A stretch of 20,914 nucleotides of DNA from Macrostomum lignano (lineage: Eukaryota): assembly GCA_002269645.1 (NCBI GenBank), contig NIVC01002880.1:1-20914 (forward strand). The letters run 5' to 3'. Positions 1-10,341 of the stretch are shown here, one piece after another. The notes beneath the pieces are model-generated. The model was not told the origin of the DNA, made no database searches, and saw nothing but the letters and a program-made list of their open reading frames with translations. Within the stretch, counting starts at the first letter, position 1; the number at the start of each line of letters is the position of its first letter. Both the position numbers and the translations under genes were made by a program.

Positions 1-2692
1 GAGGCTAAAACATGCTGAGTTGGCATCTGGCACCCCCCAGGCCATAGCTAGGCCTAGCTGGCAGTTTAAGCTGGGGTATCAGTAAATTGAAAATTTCAAT
101 TTCATTACTGCCTTGACGATGACCTATAAGGGTCAAAATGCATTGGCAATTAAATTAAAATAAAAAAAAACAAATTAATATTTGTTTGCTCATTCATTTT
201 ACTCAATTCTTATTTGTTTAATTTAGTAAATAATCATAGAAATCTCTGAACAAAATCAAAATGTAGGCCTATATAGATAGGCTTACCTATCATTAAATTA
301 GGCCCTACTATTATTGGCATTTTATTTCAATAGGGCTAATACCAATTGCCAAGTCAAGATACTAGCCTAGTGGTTGACCTAGGTCTATTCAACACTTATA
401 GTTACCCAAGAACAAGATGGAATCCTTGCTTGGGCCTTGTGGCATTGTAAAAAGGATAGGATAATGTAGGTGCATATTCTTGTAATAGCCATAATAGCAT
501 ACAACATGCAAACTGTGCATATGTCAGCTGAAAATAGGAGAACTTGAGCACACTTGTATGGAAAATTCAAAGCCTGTGATTAAAATGAAAGAAGATGTGC
601 AGTCAAGCACTAGGCCTAGACCCATAGACTAGCAGGTTTTATCACAATTATAAACCATGTTTTCTTTCCATTAGGCAGTCTTATGAGAAACGTAACAAGT
701 GTCACATCTTGCTGAAGCCATAGGAGTATAATATAGGCCTAGGCCTATGTATGCCTGGTCTAGGCCTAGGTTAATGAGGCGGAGGTCCAACTCTAACTAG
801 AGACCACTAGACCAGTAGAGTAGCCATACACGGCATACAGTTATTTGATTTATCACTAGGCCTAGTTATAAATTAACAGCACAGCAGGATTACGCCTGTA
901 AGTGATCATAAGAATACATAGTCATTGTATTGTATAAGGTCCTAAGTATATCATTTATCAATTGTCCGCTCGATTGATCGTTCTGGGACTAAACTGAGCC
1001 AAGCTATGATGTGATAATAATATTATTATACCTGCATGGTTTAAAAAATAATCACGAAAAAAAATTAAAATTCTCTACTATAATTTCTGAAGTTTTAACA
1101 CATTTCAAGTTCTGAGTTTTATTGCTAGTGTTTAAAGAAAATATCTTTGCGAAATAATTGGTTACAGTTAAATTTTTGTTCATTTTGAATGTCTTAAGAC
1201 AATTTTATGTCTGCATTTATCTAGCGTATTGTAAATATTTAAAATTAGGTGAGCACCTGCAGAGTACTACTAGAGTAGCAACGGTTAGCAAGTTGAGTAG
1301 CCTTGGTGGTGCGTGTGCTGTTATCCCGCGGGGATTGTTGCTTGATTTAATTGTCAATAAAGTTGCACTTACGTCTATGAATTGATATACGGAAAATATT
1401 AGGCCCCTATTAGTGTCAATTTTCAAAGTGAATGCCCCATATTACTATTTGTATTGTATACAGTCCAGATAAGCCTATGCCCCATATGCTTTTTGTATTT
1501 TTTAGCTTTTATCTAGACTTAGAGCCAATAGAGCTTCATTAATGCTAACTGTCTTGTATAGTTTGTAATTATAACTTCTATAACTAAAATTGTAGAGTCA
1601 AGAGTCTAGGGTATATGCCTAATCCCTATCTCTGGCTATGCCTATGCCTAGAATATAGTTATAGTTATACAATTTCAAACCTATTATTTTCTTACCACTA
1701 TAGAGAAATAATGGTTTTTATTTAATCTTTTTCCTAGTCCAAGGCTTAAAACCTTTAGGTCTATGCCAGAAAATAATTCTAACTAGGCATAAGTGGCTAT
1801 CTCCTAGTTTACTGCATTAGGGCCATTCTATATAATTATGGTTGTAACATGACAGGCTATTTTTACTTATAAAATGAAATCTAATCATTGAATATACTAA
1901 ACCAATATTTTCAATAAAATATTATTTTGTCAAGAATATGTTTATATAGTTTTATATATATATCATCAATAGTATAGATGCTATTAAACCTTGAATGGCA
2001 CTTATGGTTGTAACAATAGGATTTTTGACATATAGAAACTAAAAGGTAAAAGTCTTATAACATTTTTCATTTTTGATATTTTGCAATACATTTTTTAAAT
2101 TTGACTAAGATTGTCTAAGAACATCTTAAGAAATCATACTCTTTTATTAGAATATATAAACTTATAAAGGCAACAAAGATACAAAAGAAAAGGCAGCCTT
2201 ATAGTCGTAACATTATGGTCGTAACATATTTTTTCTATCAATTCAGTAACTTTGAGTTACCAATATATTAAAAATATACTAGATTATATAGTCACTAATG
2301 TTTTTATCTGATTATGCAAATACTATAATTTTATCTATATTTTGTTTCAACCTTCCAAAGCTTTTCATTTGTTTTCAAGAGGTACACAAAGTTAATGATG
2401 TCTTTTGCTTAGAAAAATGTCCAAATTTTTACAAAAATGGCTTTTTGCCAATTGATAACATACTAATCCAACGTTTTATCATTTATTTATTCTTAGATTG
2501 TATATATTACATATAAAAAAAATTAGGCAAAAAAATTGGCTGATAAGGCAATGGCAAGTAAAAATATTGATTTTTTTTTATTTTCCAAATATGTCTATCT
2601 TATATAAAATGAGCCATTAAATTATTTTTGTGTAGAAAATGAAAAGTTACATATTTCAATAGTTGATAGTAGTTAGAGGGCAGTCCAAAGTA

Positions 2693-2925
2693 TCAATAAT
2701 AATGCACAGCCACAACCCAATATAGGAATTTCCCAAGCTCCTTTTTCGGGAAGAGGCGGCGCCACAGGTACTCATTGAGGTGGGTCTCAAACAGGGTATT
2801 GCTGGTGCCATACATCGCCCTGAATTTGGCCTTGACATATGCCCAAGACTTCTCAATGGTGTTTGTGTGGATAGTCAAGTTGTGGGGGTCCACAAAGTAA
2901 AGTTGGTGATTGTAGTTGGTGCTCT
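2693..2925 (-). pseudogene. Merlin / IS1595(ISXO2)-family DDE transposase C-terminal remnant
   Basis: Translation NYNHQLYFVDPHNLTIHTNTIEKSWAYVKAKFRAMYGTSNTLFETHLNEYLWRR matches the family pattern NH..FVDP....HTNTIE..W...K......G.....L..YL.E..WRR. The upstream part of the transposase is not recognisable. Confidence 0.8.
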
Positions 2926-3834
2926 AGGCCTCCTAGCCATATGGGCAGTCAGTAGGTAGGCTAAAAATTTTGAAAGTAGGCAAATAATTTATTTAACACA
3001 GTAAACTAGAAGATTGCCAGCCTAAGCAGTAATGTAAATTTATTATTGTATTTATAACTTTCGTTAATAACTTATTTTTAATGACAATGTAACTTATTTT
3101 TATTTTTAAAACATCTTGTATCTAATTAAAAATCATTATCATATCATTTTTCCCAAAAAAAGTTTGCATTTTGCATTGATTATCTATTTATATCTTGATT
3201 TATGCCTTGATAAATTTATAGCCATATGTCTAGGCCTAATAATAGGCCCATCCTAATGTTCACTATGAATGTACATTAGGATGCATGACTACTATAGGCC
3301 TAGTCTTTATATCATGCCTATGTAGGAAAAAATCTTTTTGATGACAGTATCCATTCCTAAAGGTATTTTGCTAAAAAAATTGACAATTTAAGCTAATACA
3401 ACCAACAACTTCATAATCAAAACTCATAGTCTTATAGGAATGATGGATAAAAGCTAATTTTCTTTATAAAGTTAAATGTTTCAATACAAAAATTGATTTA
3501 TAGGCTACTTTTATATTGTTAATTAGTAAGAGTGCTATAGGCCAGACTTAAAGATATAGTAAGCTAGCTCTAGCCTATAGGCTGGAGTTTGCCAACCTCT
3601 GATTGACAATAGGCCCTAAAAGCTGATTTTAAAAGTTTGTTTTATTATCTGAATATCATACTCCAAGCATAGTTGCTATAGTATTAGATTAAATGATTTT
3701 TGTCTATTTTTGTTTTAAATATATAATAAAATAAAATTGTCTAATAAGTAAAGTTAATCAAAATAATCACCTTTGGTGCTGATAACTTCAAATGGCATTT
3801 ATCAGCACTTTATCAGTTATCAGCACCTGCTCCA

Positions 3835-4668
3835 GATAGCAGGATTATACAAACTAATGTTGCTGAGTATAAAAACTCCTATACAGACAGCAGGATTATA
3901 CAAACTAATGCTGCTGAGTATAAAAACTCCTATACAGACAGCAGGATTATACAAACTAATGCCGCTGAGTATAAAAACTCCTATACAGACAGCAGGATTA
4001 TACAAACTAATGCTGCTGAGTATAAAAACTCCTATACAGACAGCAGGATTATACAAACTAATGCTGCTGAGTATAAAAACTCCTATACAGACAGCAGGAT
4101 TATACAAACTAATGCTGCTGAGTATAAAAACTCCTATACAGACAGCAGGATTATACAAACTAATGCTGCTGAGTATAAAAACTCCTATATAGACAGCAGG
4201 ATTATACAAACTAATGCTGCTGAGTATAAAAACTCCTGTACAGACAGCAGGATTATACAAACTAATGTTGCTGAGTATTAAAACTCCTGTACATATAGCA
4301 GGATTATACAAACTAATGTTGCTGAGTATAAAAACTCCTGTACAGACAGCAGGATTATACAAACTAATGTTGCTGAGTATAAAAACTCCTGTACAGACAG
4401 CAGGATTATACAAACTAATGTTGCTGAGTATAAAAACTCCTGTACATATAGCAGGATTATACAAACTAATGTTGCTGAGTATAAAAACTCCTGTACAGAC
4501 AGCAGGATTATACAAACTAATGTTGCTGAGTATTAAAACTCCTGTACAGACAGCAGGATTATACAAACTAATGTTGCTGAGTATAAAAACTCCTGTACAG
4601 ACAGCAGGATTATGCAAACTAATGTTGCTGAGTATAAAAACTCCTGTACAGACAGCAGGATTATGCAA
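3835..4668. repeat. 51-bp tandem minisatellite, about 16 full copies plus a partial
   Basis: Unit CAGCAGGATTATACAAACTAATG(C/T)TGCTGAGTATAAAAACTCCT(A/G)TACAGA; AGGATTA recurs every 51 nt from 3841 to 4657. Confidence 0.97.
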
Positions 4669-4913
4669 AATATATTTCTGAAATGTAAAGCAGCTTTCTA
4701 TTAAAAAAACTCGACCTTGTATTGATCAGAACGAACTTGAGTGTGTGGGTTTGGGCTGCTGCAGTGAGCTACTGAGCTCCAGCAGGAAGGCATTGCTCTC
4801 TTATCTCAAGTGTGGAGGTCATAGGGCAGATTGTGCCAGTAGTAGGGCGAATTATGATACTGCCGCACTAGCACTGGCGAGATAGGCGGCAATGCAAATG
4901 TACAGGGAAAAAT

Positions 4914-5225
4914 ACACTGCGGAGATATGAGCCCTATCTCTGTGCATTGGGGACGGCTAAGCACTGCAGAGATATGAGCTCTATCTCTGTGCATTGGGGA
5001 CGGCTAAGCACTGCAGAGATATGAGCTCTATCTCTGTGCATTGGGGACGGCTAAGCACTGCAGAGATATGAGCTCTATCTCTGTGCATTGGGGACGGCTA
5101 AGCACTGCAGAGATATGAGCTCTATCTCTGTGCATTGGGGACGGCTAAGCACTGCAGAGATATGAGCTCTATCTCTGTGCATTGGGGACGGCTAAGCACT
5201 GCAGAGATATGAGCTCTATCTCTGC
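4914..5225. repeat. 47-bp tandem repeat with internal palindrome (7 hairpin copies)
   Basis: GAGATATGAG starts at 4922, 4969, 5016, 5063, 5110, 5157 and 5204; units contain AGAGATA-TGAGCTC-TATCTCT (the first copy is a variant). Confidence 0.95.
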
Positions 5226-5456
5226 TTAACACAGGAGTGATAGGAGAAGAGGCGGCCTATTTCTTTACACTGGAGATGGTTAACACTGCAGAGATAGGAG
5301 GAGAGGCGGCCTATCTCTTTGCATTGGGGTGGTTAACACTGCAGAGATAGGAGGAGAGGCGGCCTATCTCTTTGCATTGGGGTGGTTAACACTGCAGAGA
5401 TAGGAGGAGAGGCGGCCTATCTCTTTGCATTGGGGGTGGTTAACACTGCAGAGATA
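5226..5456. repeat. 53/54-bp tandem repeat related to the 47-bp unit (3 full copies plus degenerate and partial copies)
   Basis: TAACACTGCA starts at 5281, 5334, 5387 and 5441; each full unit contains AGAGATAGG-aggagaggcgg-CCTATCTCT. Confidence 0.92.
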
Positions 5457-5496
5457 AGATGTTAATCTATGTAATTGGAAATAATGTTTGCGAAAG

Positions 5497-5590
5497 AGCC
5501 AATCACAGAGCCCGGAGTGGGATGGGTGGTTTGGGGTGGTTCGGTCGAGGGTATATAAGCCCCGAAATTGACAAGAAAGAATTCTCAATT
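5497..5590 (+). promoter_or_regulatory. Putative Pol II promoter of the PC4-like gene (CCAAT box, TATA box, Inr-like)
   Basis: AGCCAATCAC near 5498, GTATATAAG at 5551-5559 and TCAATTT about 30 nt downstream of the TATA box; ATG at 5664. Confidence 0.6.
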
Positions 5591-5663
5591 TTTCAAATCC
5601 AAAATTTCATCCGAAATTTTCCTCAGCTTTTAACTTTTGTGAGTTTTCAATTGCGAAAGGAAA

Positions 5664-6439
5664 ATGGACATCTGTGAAGGCTATAAGGCACAAGTCCAGG
5701 AGTTTGAAGGACAAAAATTTATCGCTATTCGCAATTTTACCGACACGGCAGCACGGCAAGTCTGAAGCCAGGCGTCCCAGGATTCAACCTGAATGTTCAC
5801 CAATGGAAGAAATTGAAGGAGGTGAAACGCTCACTTGTGATTTCTGCACGCAACAACGAGCCCAAGGTCGTGAAACTCGGCTTCGATAAGTTTGTGGAAG
5901 TCAAAGGCGGCATCATTTGGCTCAAACGGCTGCCGGAAGATTGCTGCGAGGAGTTTTTGAGACGAAACGCCGTACCACTGACTCCGCCGCTGTGGCAGAA
6001 GCTCTGGAAAATCGCCTCCTGGATCGACGGTCAGCTGGTGGCTCCCTTGAGGAACACAATGCAGTACGAGCTGGAGTCTGATGAGGAAGAGGAGGAAGAG
6101 GACAAGAAGCTCAAGTTGGAGGCTGACCAGGACACGAAGCCCATAATGGAGACTGATGAGGGCGGAGATCATGCTGATGACGAGGACGTTAGCTCGCCCA
6201 CAAGGCCGCGCATTGTGACTGAGCCAATCACATCCACACCGATACCTTCGGTTGATTCTGATGCTGGACTGCTTCCGCAGCGGGACACCAACCTTGAGGA
6301 AGATCCGGTGTGGTATCAGTTCAGGGCGCATGCAGCGGCTTCGACGGTGAGCAGCAGCAGCAGGAAGCGAAAGCTGCCATTTCAACTTCGTCGGCAGGAC
6401 GCGATGAGGCTGCAGCCCAATGTTCGCTTTGATAACTGA
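5664..6439 (+). CDS. Tandem PC4-like (ssDNA-binding/coactivator fold) protein with acidic and basic low-complexity tail; one -1 frameshift at T4 5735-5738
   Basis: Adding one T joins ATG 5664 to the long ORF: MDICEGYKAQVQEFEGQKFIAIRNFYRHGSTASLKPGVPGFNLNVHQWKKLKE..., matching PC4 ([20 protein letters not shown]...KPGRKGISLNPEQWSQLKE). A second diverged copy follows: KLGFDKFVEVKGGIIWLKR...RNAVPLTPPLWQKLWKIASWIDGQL. Repaired length is 258 aa. Confidence 0.75.
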
Positions 6440-6645
6440 ACAGCTAGAATGCTTTGAATGCATTGGACTAACTAAATTACTTTTAGCTTGCACATGATTA
6501 TCCAGCCTGACGGCACTATGCTGTTTTTTATCTCTGCTATTTCTGAAATGCTGGTGTGCGAGTGTTTTAGTGTTCGTTTTTATGGATTGTTTGCTTTCGG
6601 AAAATACACCGACTGTTACGATGTTAGAGGTTTCAATCTGACAGT

Positions 6646-6651
6646 AATAAA
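6646..6651 (+). terminator. Putative polyadenylation signal of the PC4-like gene
   Basis: AATAAA about 200 nt downstream of the stop at 6439, in AT-rich intergenic DNA. Confidence 0.4.
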
Positions 6652-6688
6652 TTAATTTGCCACTCGTTTCTCTATCATTTAATTGGAA

Positions 6689-6695
6689 TATAAAT
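6689..6695 (+). promoter_or_regulatory. Putative TATA box upstream of the integrase/structural cassette
   Basis: TATAAAT 65 nt upstream of the integrase ATG (6760); the AT-rich context makes a chance match possible. Confidence 0.35.
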
Positions 6696-6759
6696 TTCTA
6701 CTTAAGAAAAAATACTGTACAGCTAGAGCAGGTGGATAGGCACGTATCTTGATAAACCC

Positions 6760-7830
6760 ATGATGGAGAAAATTTATTTGAAACCTGAGCAACCGGCTAG
6801 TTTTTCTTGTGCCTCAAAGTTGCTGCATGAAGTGAGGCAAAGAGGTGATCGAATATCTGCAAAGAGCATTGAGCAGTGGCTCAGCGAGCAGCCAGTGCAC
6901 ACTCTGCACAAGCCAGCTAGGAGGCGATATCCAAGGGCCCCAATCATAGTGCGCGCAATCGATGATCAGTGGGAACTTGACTTAGTGGAAATGATTCCAT
7001 TCGCAAAGCATAATAAAGGCTACAAATATATTCTCACATGCATTGACGTGCTCTCAAAATGTGCTTGGGCCAAGGCACTGAAAAATAAATCTGCTGCAGA
7101 AGTGAAGTCAGCATTCGAGAGCATACTGAGAAGTTCAAAGCGCCAGCCACGCACAGTTCGCACAGATCAGGGGAAGGAATTTATCAACTCCACTTTCCGT
7201 CAATACTGCATTGACAGAGGGATTCTGGCTTTCCCAACTAACAGCGAGCAGAAGGCAGCTGTCATTGAGCGATGGAATCGAACTCTGAAAAGTAGAATGT
7301 GGCGCTACTTCACCTACAAGAGCACACTGCACTGGCTTGATGTGCTGCCTAAGCTGGTAAAATCCTACAACAATACCTACCACAGAAGCATCAAAATGGC
7401 ACCCACTAGTGTCTGCAAAGAGAATGAATCTGAAGTGTGGATGAACCTGTACGATGGAAAAGCAGTCGAGACTCTAGAAAAATTAAAGAAGCCTAAGTTC
7501 GCTGAAAACCAGTCAGTGAGAATTTCCAATGCTCCACGGATATTCAAAAAGGGATACAAAGCGAGCTGGAGTGAGGAAGTGTACACCGTGGTGAGCAGAG
7601 CCCCAAAACATTATCCCTACATGTACAAGATTAAAGACATGCGGGGGCAAGAGATTCGAGGACTCTTCCATGAGCACGAGCTGCAGGCTGTCCCGGACTC
7701 ACAGCGGCTGTATGTGATTGAGAAGATCCTGAAAACGGAGAAGCGGAAGGGAAAAATTCGCTATCTGGTGAAATGGGCGGGCTACGACTCGACTGGCTGG
7801 GTGGATGAAAAAGACTTAAGAAAGGTTTAG
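6760..7830 (+). CDS. Polinton retroviral-like (rve, DDE) integrase with C-terminal chromodomain
   Basis: Catalytic motifs WELDLVEM / VRTDQGKEF / AAVIERWNRTLK; YNNTYHRSIKMAP; C-terminal YVIEKILKTEKRKGKIRYLVKWAGYDSTGWVDEKDL chromodomain. Uninterrupted 356 aa. Confidence 0.96.
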   Translation: MMEKIYLKPEQPASFSCASKLLHEVRQRGDRISAKSIEQWLSEQPVHTLHKPARRRYPRAPIIVRAIDDQWELDLVEMIPFAKHNKGYKYILTCIDVLSKCAWAKALKNKSAAEVKSAFESILRSSKRQPRTVRTDQGKEFINSTFRQYCIDRGILAFPTNSEQKAAVIERWNRTLKSRMWRYFTYKSTLHWLDVLPKLVKSYNNTYHRSIKMAPTSVCKENESEVWMNLYDGKAVETLEKLKKPKFAENQSVRISNAPRIFKKGYKASWSEEVYTVVSRAPKHYPYMYKIKDMRGQEIRGLFHEHELQAVPDSQRLYVIEKILKTEKRKGKIRYLVKWAGYDSTGWVDEKDLRKV

Positions 7831-7858
7831 CTTTGGCACAGCCCTCATCATGTAGTTT

Positions 7859-8677
7859 ATGATTATAATGCGAACTATTTTGATTAACAGTGAGCATGCT
7901 GAAGGTACTCCTAGTGACTTTAATTTTTACCTGCCTTCACCTATTTACTTGGATCGAAATGTGGACTATGAGGCAGGTCTGGCTGAAATCCATCTGCCTG
8001 CTGCATGGTTCAATGTTGACGAGCCTTACTGCTTCACTGTCTCAGATGGAAGAGAGCATGAGGCCCTGGTTCTTCAACCCGGACGCTTTGCTAGAGTGGA
8101 GGAGCTGGTGGAGCGCCTGAATGAGCTGCTGGCCAACTCTGATTCGCTGTTCTTTGATGCAATGAGTGACAGGGAGTCTGAGATGGAGGCTGATGAGTCC
8201 GGCCTGATGGGGCGTAGTGGCAACAGGGAATTTGGTATGAAGTTCGAAATCCGCAACTCACGAACTGTGGTGCACAACAACACTGCGAGAGCAGAGCTGT
8301 TTCTTCCATCTAGTAAAATTCTGCATTGGCTGGGATTTGGAAACCAGGCTGTGAAAATCCAGCCAGGGAGCCGCGTATCCGAGCATTGCATTGGCTGCCC
8401 GCGCACCAGCTTAATCAATGTGCACTGCAGTATCGTTGAGTCAACTAATTGCAACTGGAGCTCCTTGTTGAGAACAGTTGGAATGAAAGCTGGCATTGAA
8501 TGGGGCAACTATCAAACAAAAATATTTAAGAAAACAATATTCTTCCCGATTCAACGAATCAGTCTTCTTCACAGCATTCGAGTTCAGCTGCGGGACATCT
8601 ATGGTTGCCCACTGATTGCACAGACTCACAGCCCTGTTCTGCTTACAGTTCAAATTCAGGAGAAACGCATTCAATGA
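7859..8677 (+). CDS. Minor capsid protein (penton, single jelly roll)
   Basis: N-terminus INSEHAEGTPSDFNFYLPSPIYLDRNVDYEAGLAEIHLP and C-terminus INVHCSIVE...FFPIQRISLLHSIRVQLRDIYG fit Polinton penton patterns; position between integrase and MCP. Confidence 0.82.
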   Translation: MIIMRTILINSEHAEGTPSDFNFYLPSPIYLDRNVDYEAGLAEIHLPAAWFNVDEPYCFTVSDGREHEALVLQPGRFARVEELVERLNELLANSDSLFFDAMSDRESEMEADESGLMGRSGNREFGMKFEIRNSRTVVHNNTARAELFLPSSKILHWLGFGNQAVKIQPGSRVSEHCIGCPRTSLINVHCSIVESTNCNWSSLLRTVGMKAGIEWGNYQTKIFKKTIFFPIQRISLLHSIRVQLRDIYGCPLIAQTHSPVLLTVQIQEKRIQ

Positions 8678-9051
8678 ACTACCAGCAGCTAATCCAGCAA
8701 TATTCGGGGGTGAGGACAGGACACGAAAAGCCTGCACTCTATGGCTGTGGGAGCTTCCCAGGGATCATGACATACCAGCCTCCGCCAGCGGCTATATCAT
8801 CATCATCAGCCTCGACGCTTAGCAACGTCAGGCGCAAAAGAAATACTGAAGCAAGTCCGAAACGATTGAAGAAAAAGAAGGGCACCCGAAAGGCAACTGG
8901 TGGAAATCGCAGTAAGAGGTCGAGCAAGGCTAGTGGGAAAAAGCTTAAGAATAGGAAGACGAAAGCAAAGAAGAATAGAGCAGGCGGAGGAAAGCGAAAG
9001 CAAAAAGTCAGCAAGAAAACTGTGAAACGCGTGCTCGACTCTCTGTCATAG
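8674..9051 (+). CDS. Lys/Arg-rich basic protein, putative genome-condensing core protein
   Basis: ATG overlaps the penton stop (ATGA, 8674-8677). 125 aa with a YGCG motif and a strongly basic C-terminal half (RRKRNTEASPKRLKKKKGTRK...); position directly before the MCP. Confidence 0.65.
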   Translation: MNYQQLIQQYSGVRTGHEKPALYGCGSFPGIMTYQPPPAAISSSSASTLSNVRRKRNTEASPKRLKKKKGTRKATGGNRSKRSSKASGKKLKNRKTKAKKNRAGGGKRKQKVSKKTVKRVLDSLS

Positions 9052-9053
9052 AC

Positions 9054-10336
9054 ATGGCTTACGGATTCAATCCCAGACTTGATTTATTTAAGACGCCCGT
9101 TCTACAAACCTGCATTGAAAAAGCTACTTATGTTGATATTCACCCAGTTAATTCCATTGTTGCAAACTCTCCCATTGAATTTGACTGCCACCAATCTGCC
9201 GATGAATATACAGATCTGCTTAATTCTTTTCTTTATATTCGCTGCCGCCTTGTGAGACTGGATGGGGGTTTGCTGAGGGAGGATGTTCGAGATGGAGATG
9301 GCATCATCACCGAGCGCAGAGACAGTGACGTGCACCCAGAAAATTTTGTTCTGTCTACAGCCTTCTCAGATGTAATTGTGAGCATTAACCAGCGAGTGGT
9401 GTCTGGTGGAGACCAGCTCTATCCCTACCATGCGTACTTCAAAGCACTAATGAGCTCATCCGATGCCCAGCAACTAAAACTTTACCCTGCTGGCTTCCTG
9501 GAGCCGAACTCGGCAGCTGAAGAGCACACGGAGAGCCACAGGGAATCCCAATGGATGGAGTATGCGGGGCCGCTCTTCAGCGATGTTTTCCAGTGCCCAG
9601 TGTTTCTGCTAAGCAATCTGCACCTGCACATCAAACTGGTCCCCAGCGATGGGGCCTTTGCCATCAGAACCCCGAATGCAAACAACGCGGCATACCGAAT
9701 GGAAATCTCTCACAGCATTCTGCATCTTCGCCGAGTCAAAGTGATGCCCCACATCAGCCTGGCCCATGAGCAGGGGCTGACAAACCAAAATGCACTGTAT
9801 CCCATCGAGCGAACTGAAATGCAGAACTTCATCCTACCCCAGGGTATTCAGTCAAAAAACATTGAAGGATTCACTCATGGAAAATTGCCGAAGTTCATCA
9901 TGCTGGCCTTCGTGAGCCACCGAGCATTCAACGGTCATCATCACGCGAGCCCGTTACAGTTCCAGAGCTTCAACCTTAGCCGATTGGCTCTAAAGAAAGG
10001 TGGGGAAACCGTGTGCCACGGCGCCTTCACACCTGAAAACAATTCCTTCGTAAGAGAATACTTGCACTACCTGAAAAGCTGTCAATCTGCAAGCCACACA
10101 AACTCGGTCCGTGGATCCCCTACCAGCTCTTCTCCAACAACACCACGGTGTTTGCATTCGATCTCACACCCGAGGGAGCGGCTCTGTGGTACGGACAGAA
10201 GGAGGGCAACCTGCGGCTGGAGATTCGCTTCCAACAGGCTCTGAATGAAGCGGTGTCCCTGATTGCTATGTGCCTGTATGACTCGCTGATTGAGGTCACC
10301 AAGCACCGAGAGCTTTTGCTGGACTATTCCTCTTAA
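9054..10336 (+). CDS. Major capsid protein (double jelly roll, hexon-like); one -1 frameshift at about 10074-10112
   Basis: N-terminal RLDLFKTPVLQTCIE...IHPVNSI...PIEF, internal HPENFVLSTAFSDVIVSIN, LPKFIMLAFVSHRAFNG and LQFQSFNL. The C-terminal FAFDLTP...GNLRLEIRF...YDSLIEVTKHRELLLDY lies in the -1 frame (10148-10336). Repaired length is 427 aa. Confidence 0.93.
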
Positions 10337-10341
10337 TTGAC

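Noticed and set aside
1836-2226. Thrice-repeated TTATGGT(T/C)GTAACA motif (about 1836, 2002 and 2213)
   Set aside because: Probably a remnant of a decayed non-autonomous DNA transposon, but I could not identify TIRs, a TSD or a family, so it is not called as a feature.
385-2516. Short ORFs in the left flank (61-75 aa)
   Set aside because: AT-rich, no motifs and no convincing exon structure; consistent with random ORFs.
3773-4681. Long ORFs on both strands (139, 282 and 155 aa) with 17-aa periodicity
   Set aside because: They are by-products of the stop-free 51-bp tandem repeat; no domain, and they are open on both strands.
4914-5456. CRISPR-like appearance of regularly spaced palindromic repeats
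   Set aside because: The sequences between hairpins are identical rather than unique spacers, there are no cas genes, and the context is eukaryotic.
5803-5815. ATG 5803 as the start of the first gene through a +1 frameshift (MEELKEVK...)
   Set aside because: The downstream frame is already open from 5708 and encodes a clear PC4 motif, so the ATG 5664 reconstruction explains more sequence.
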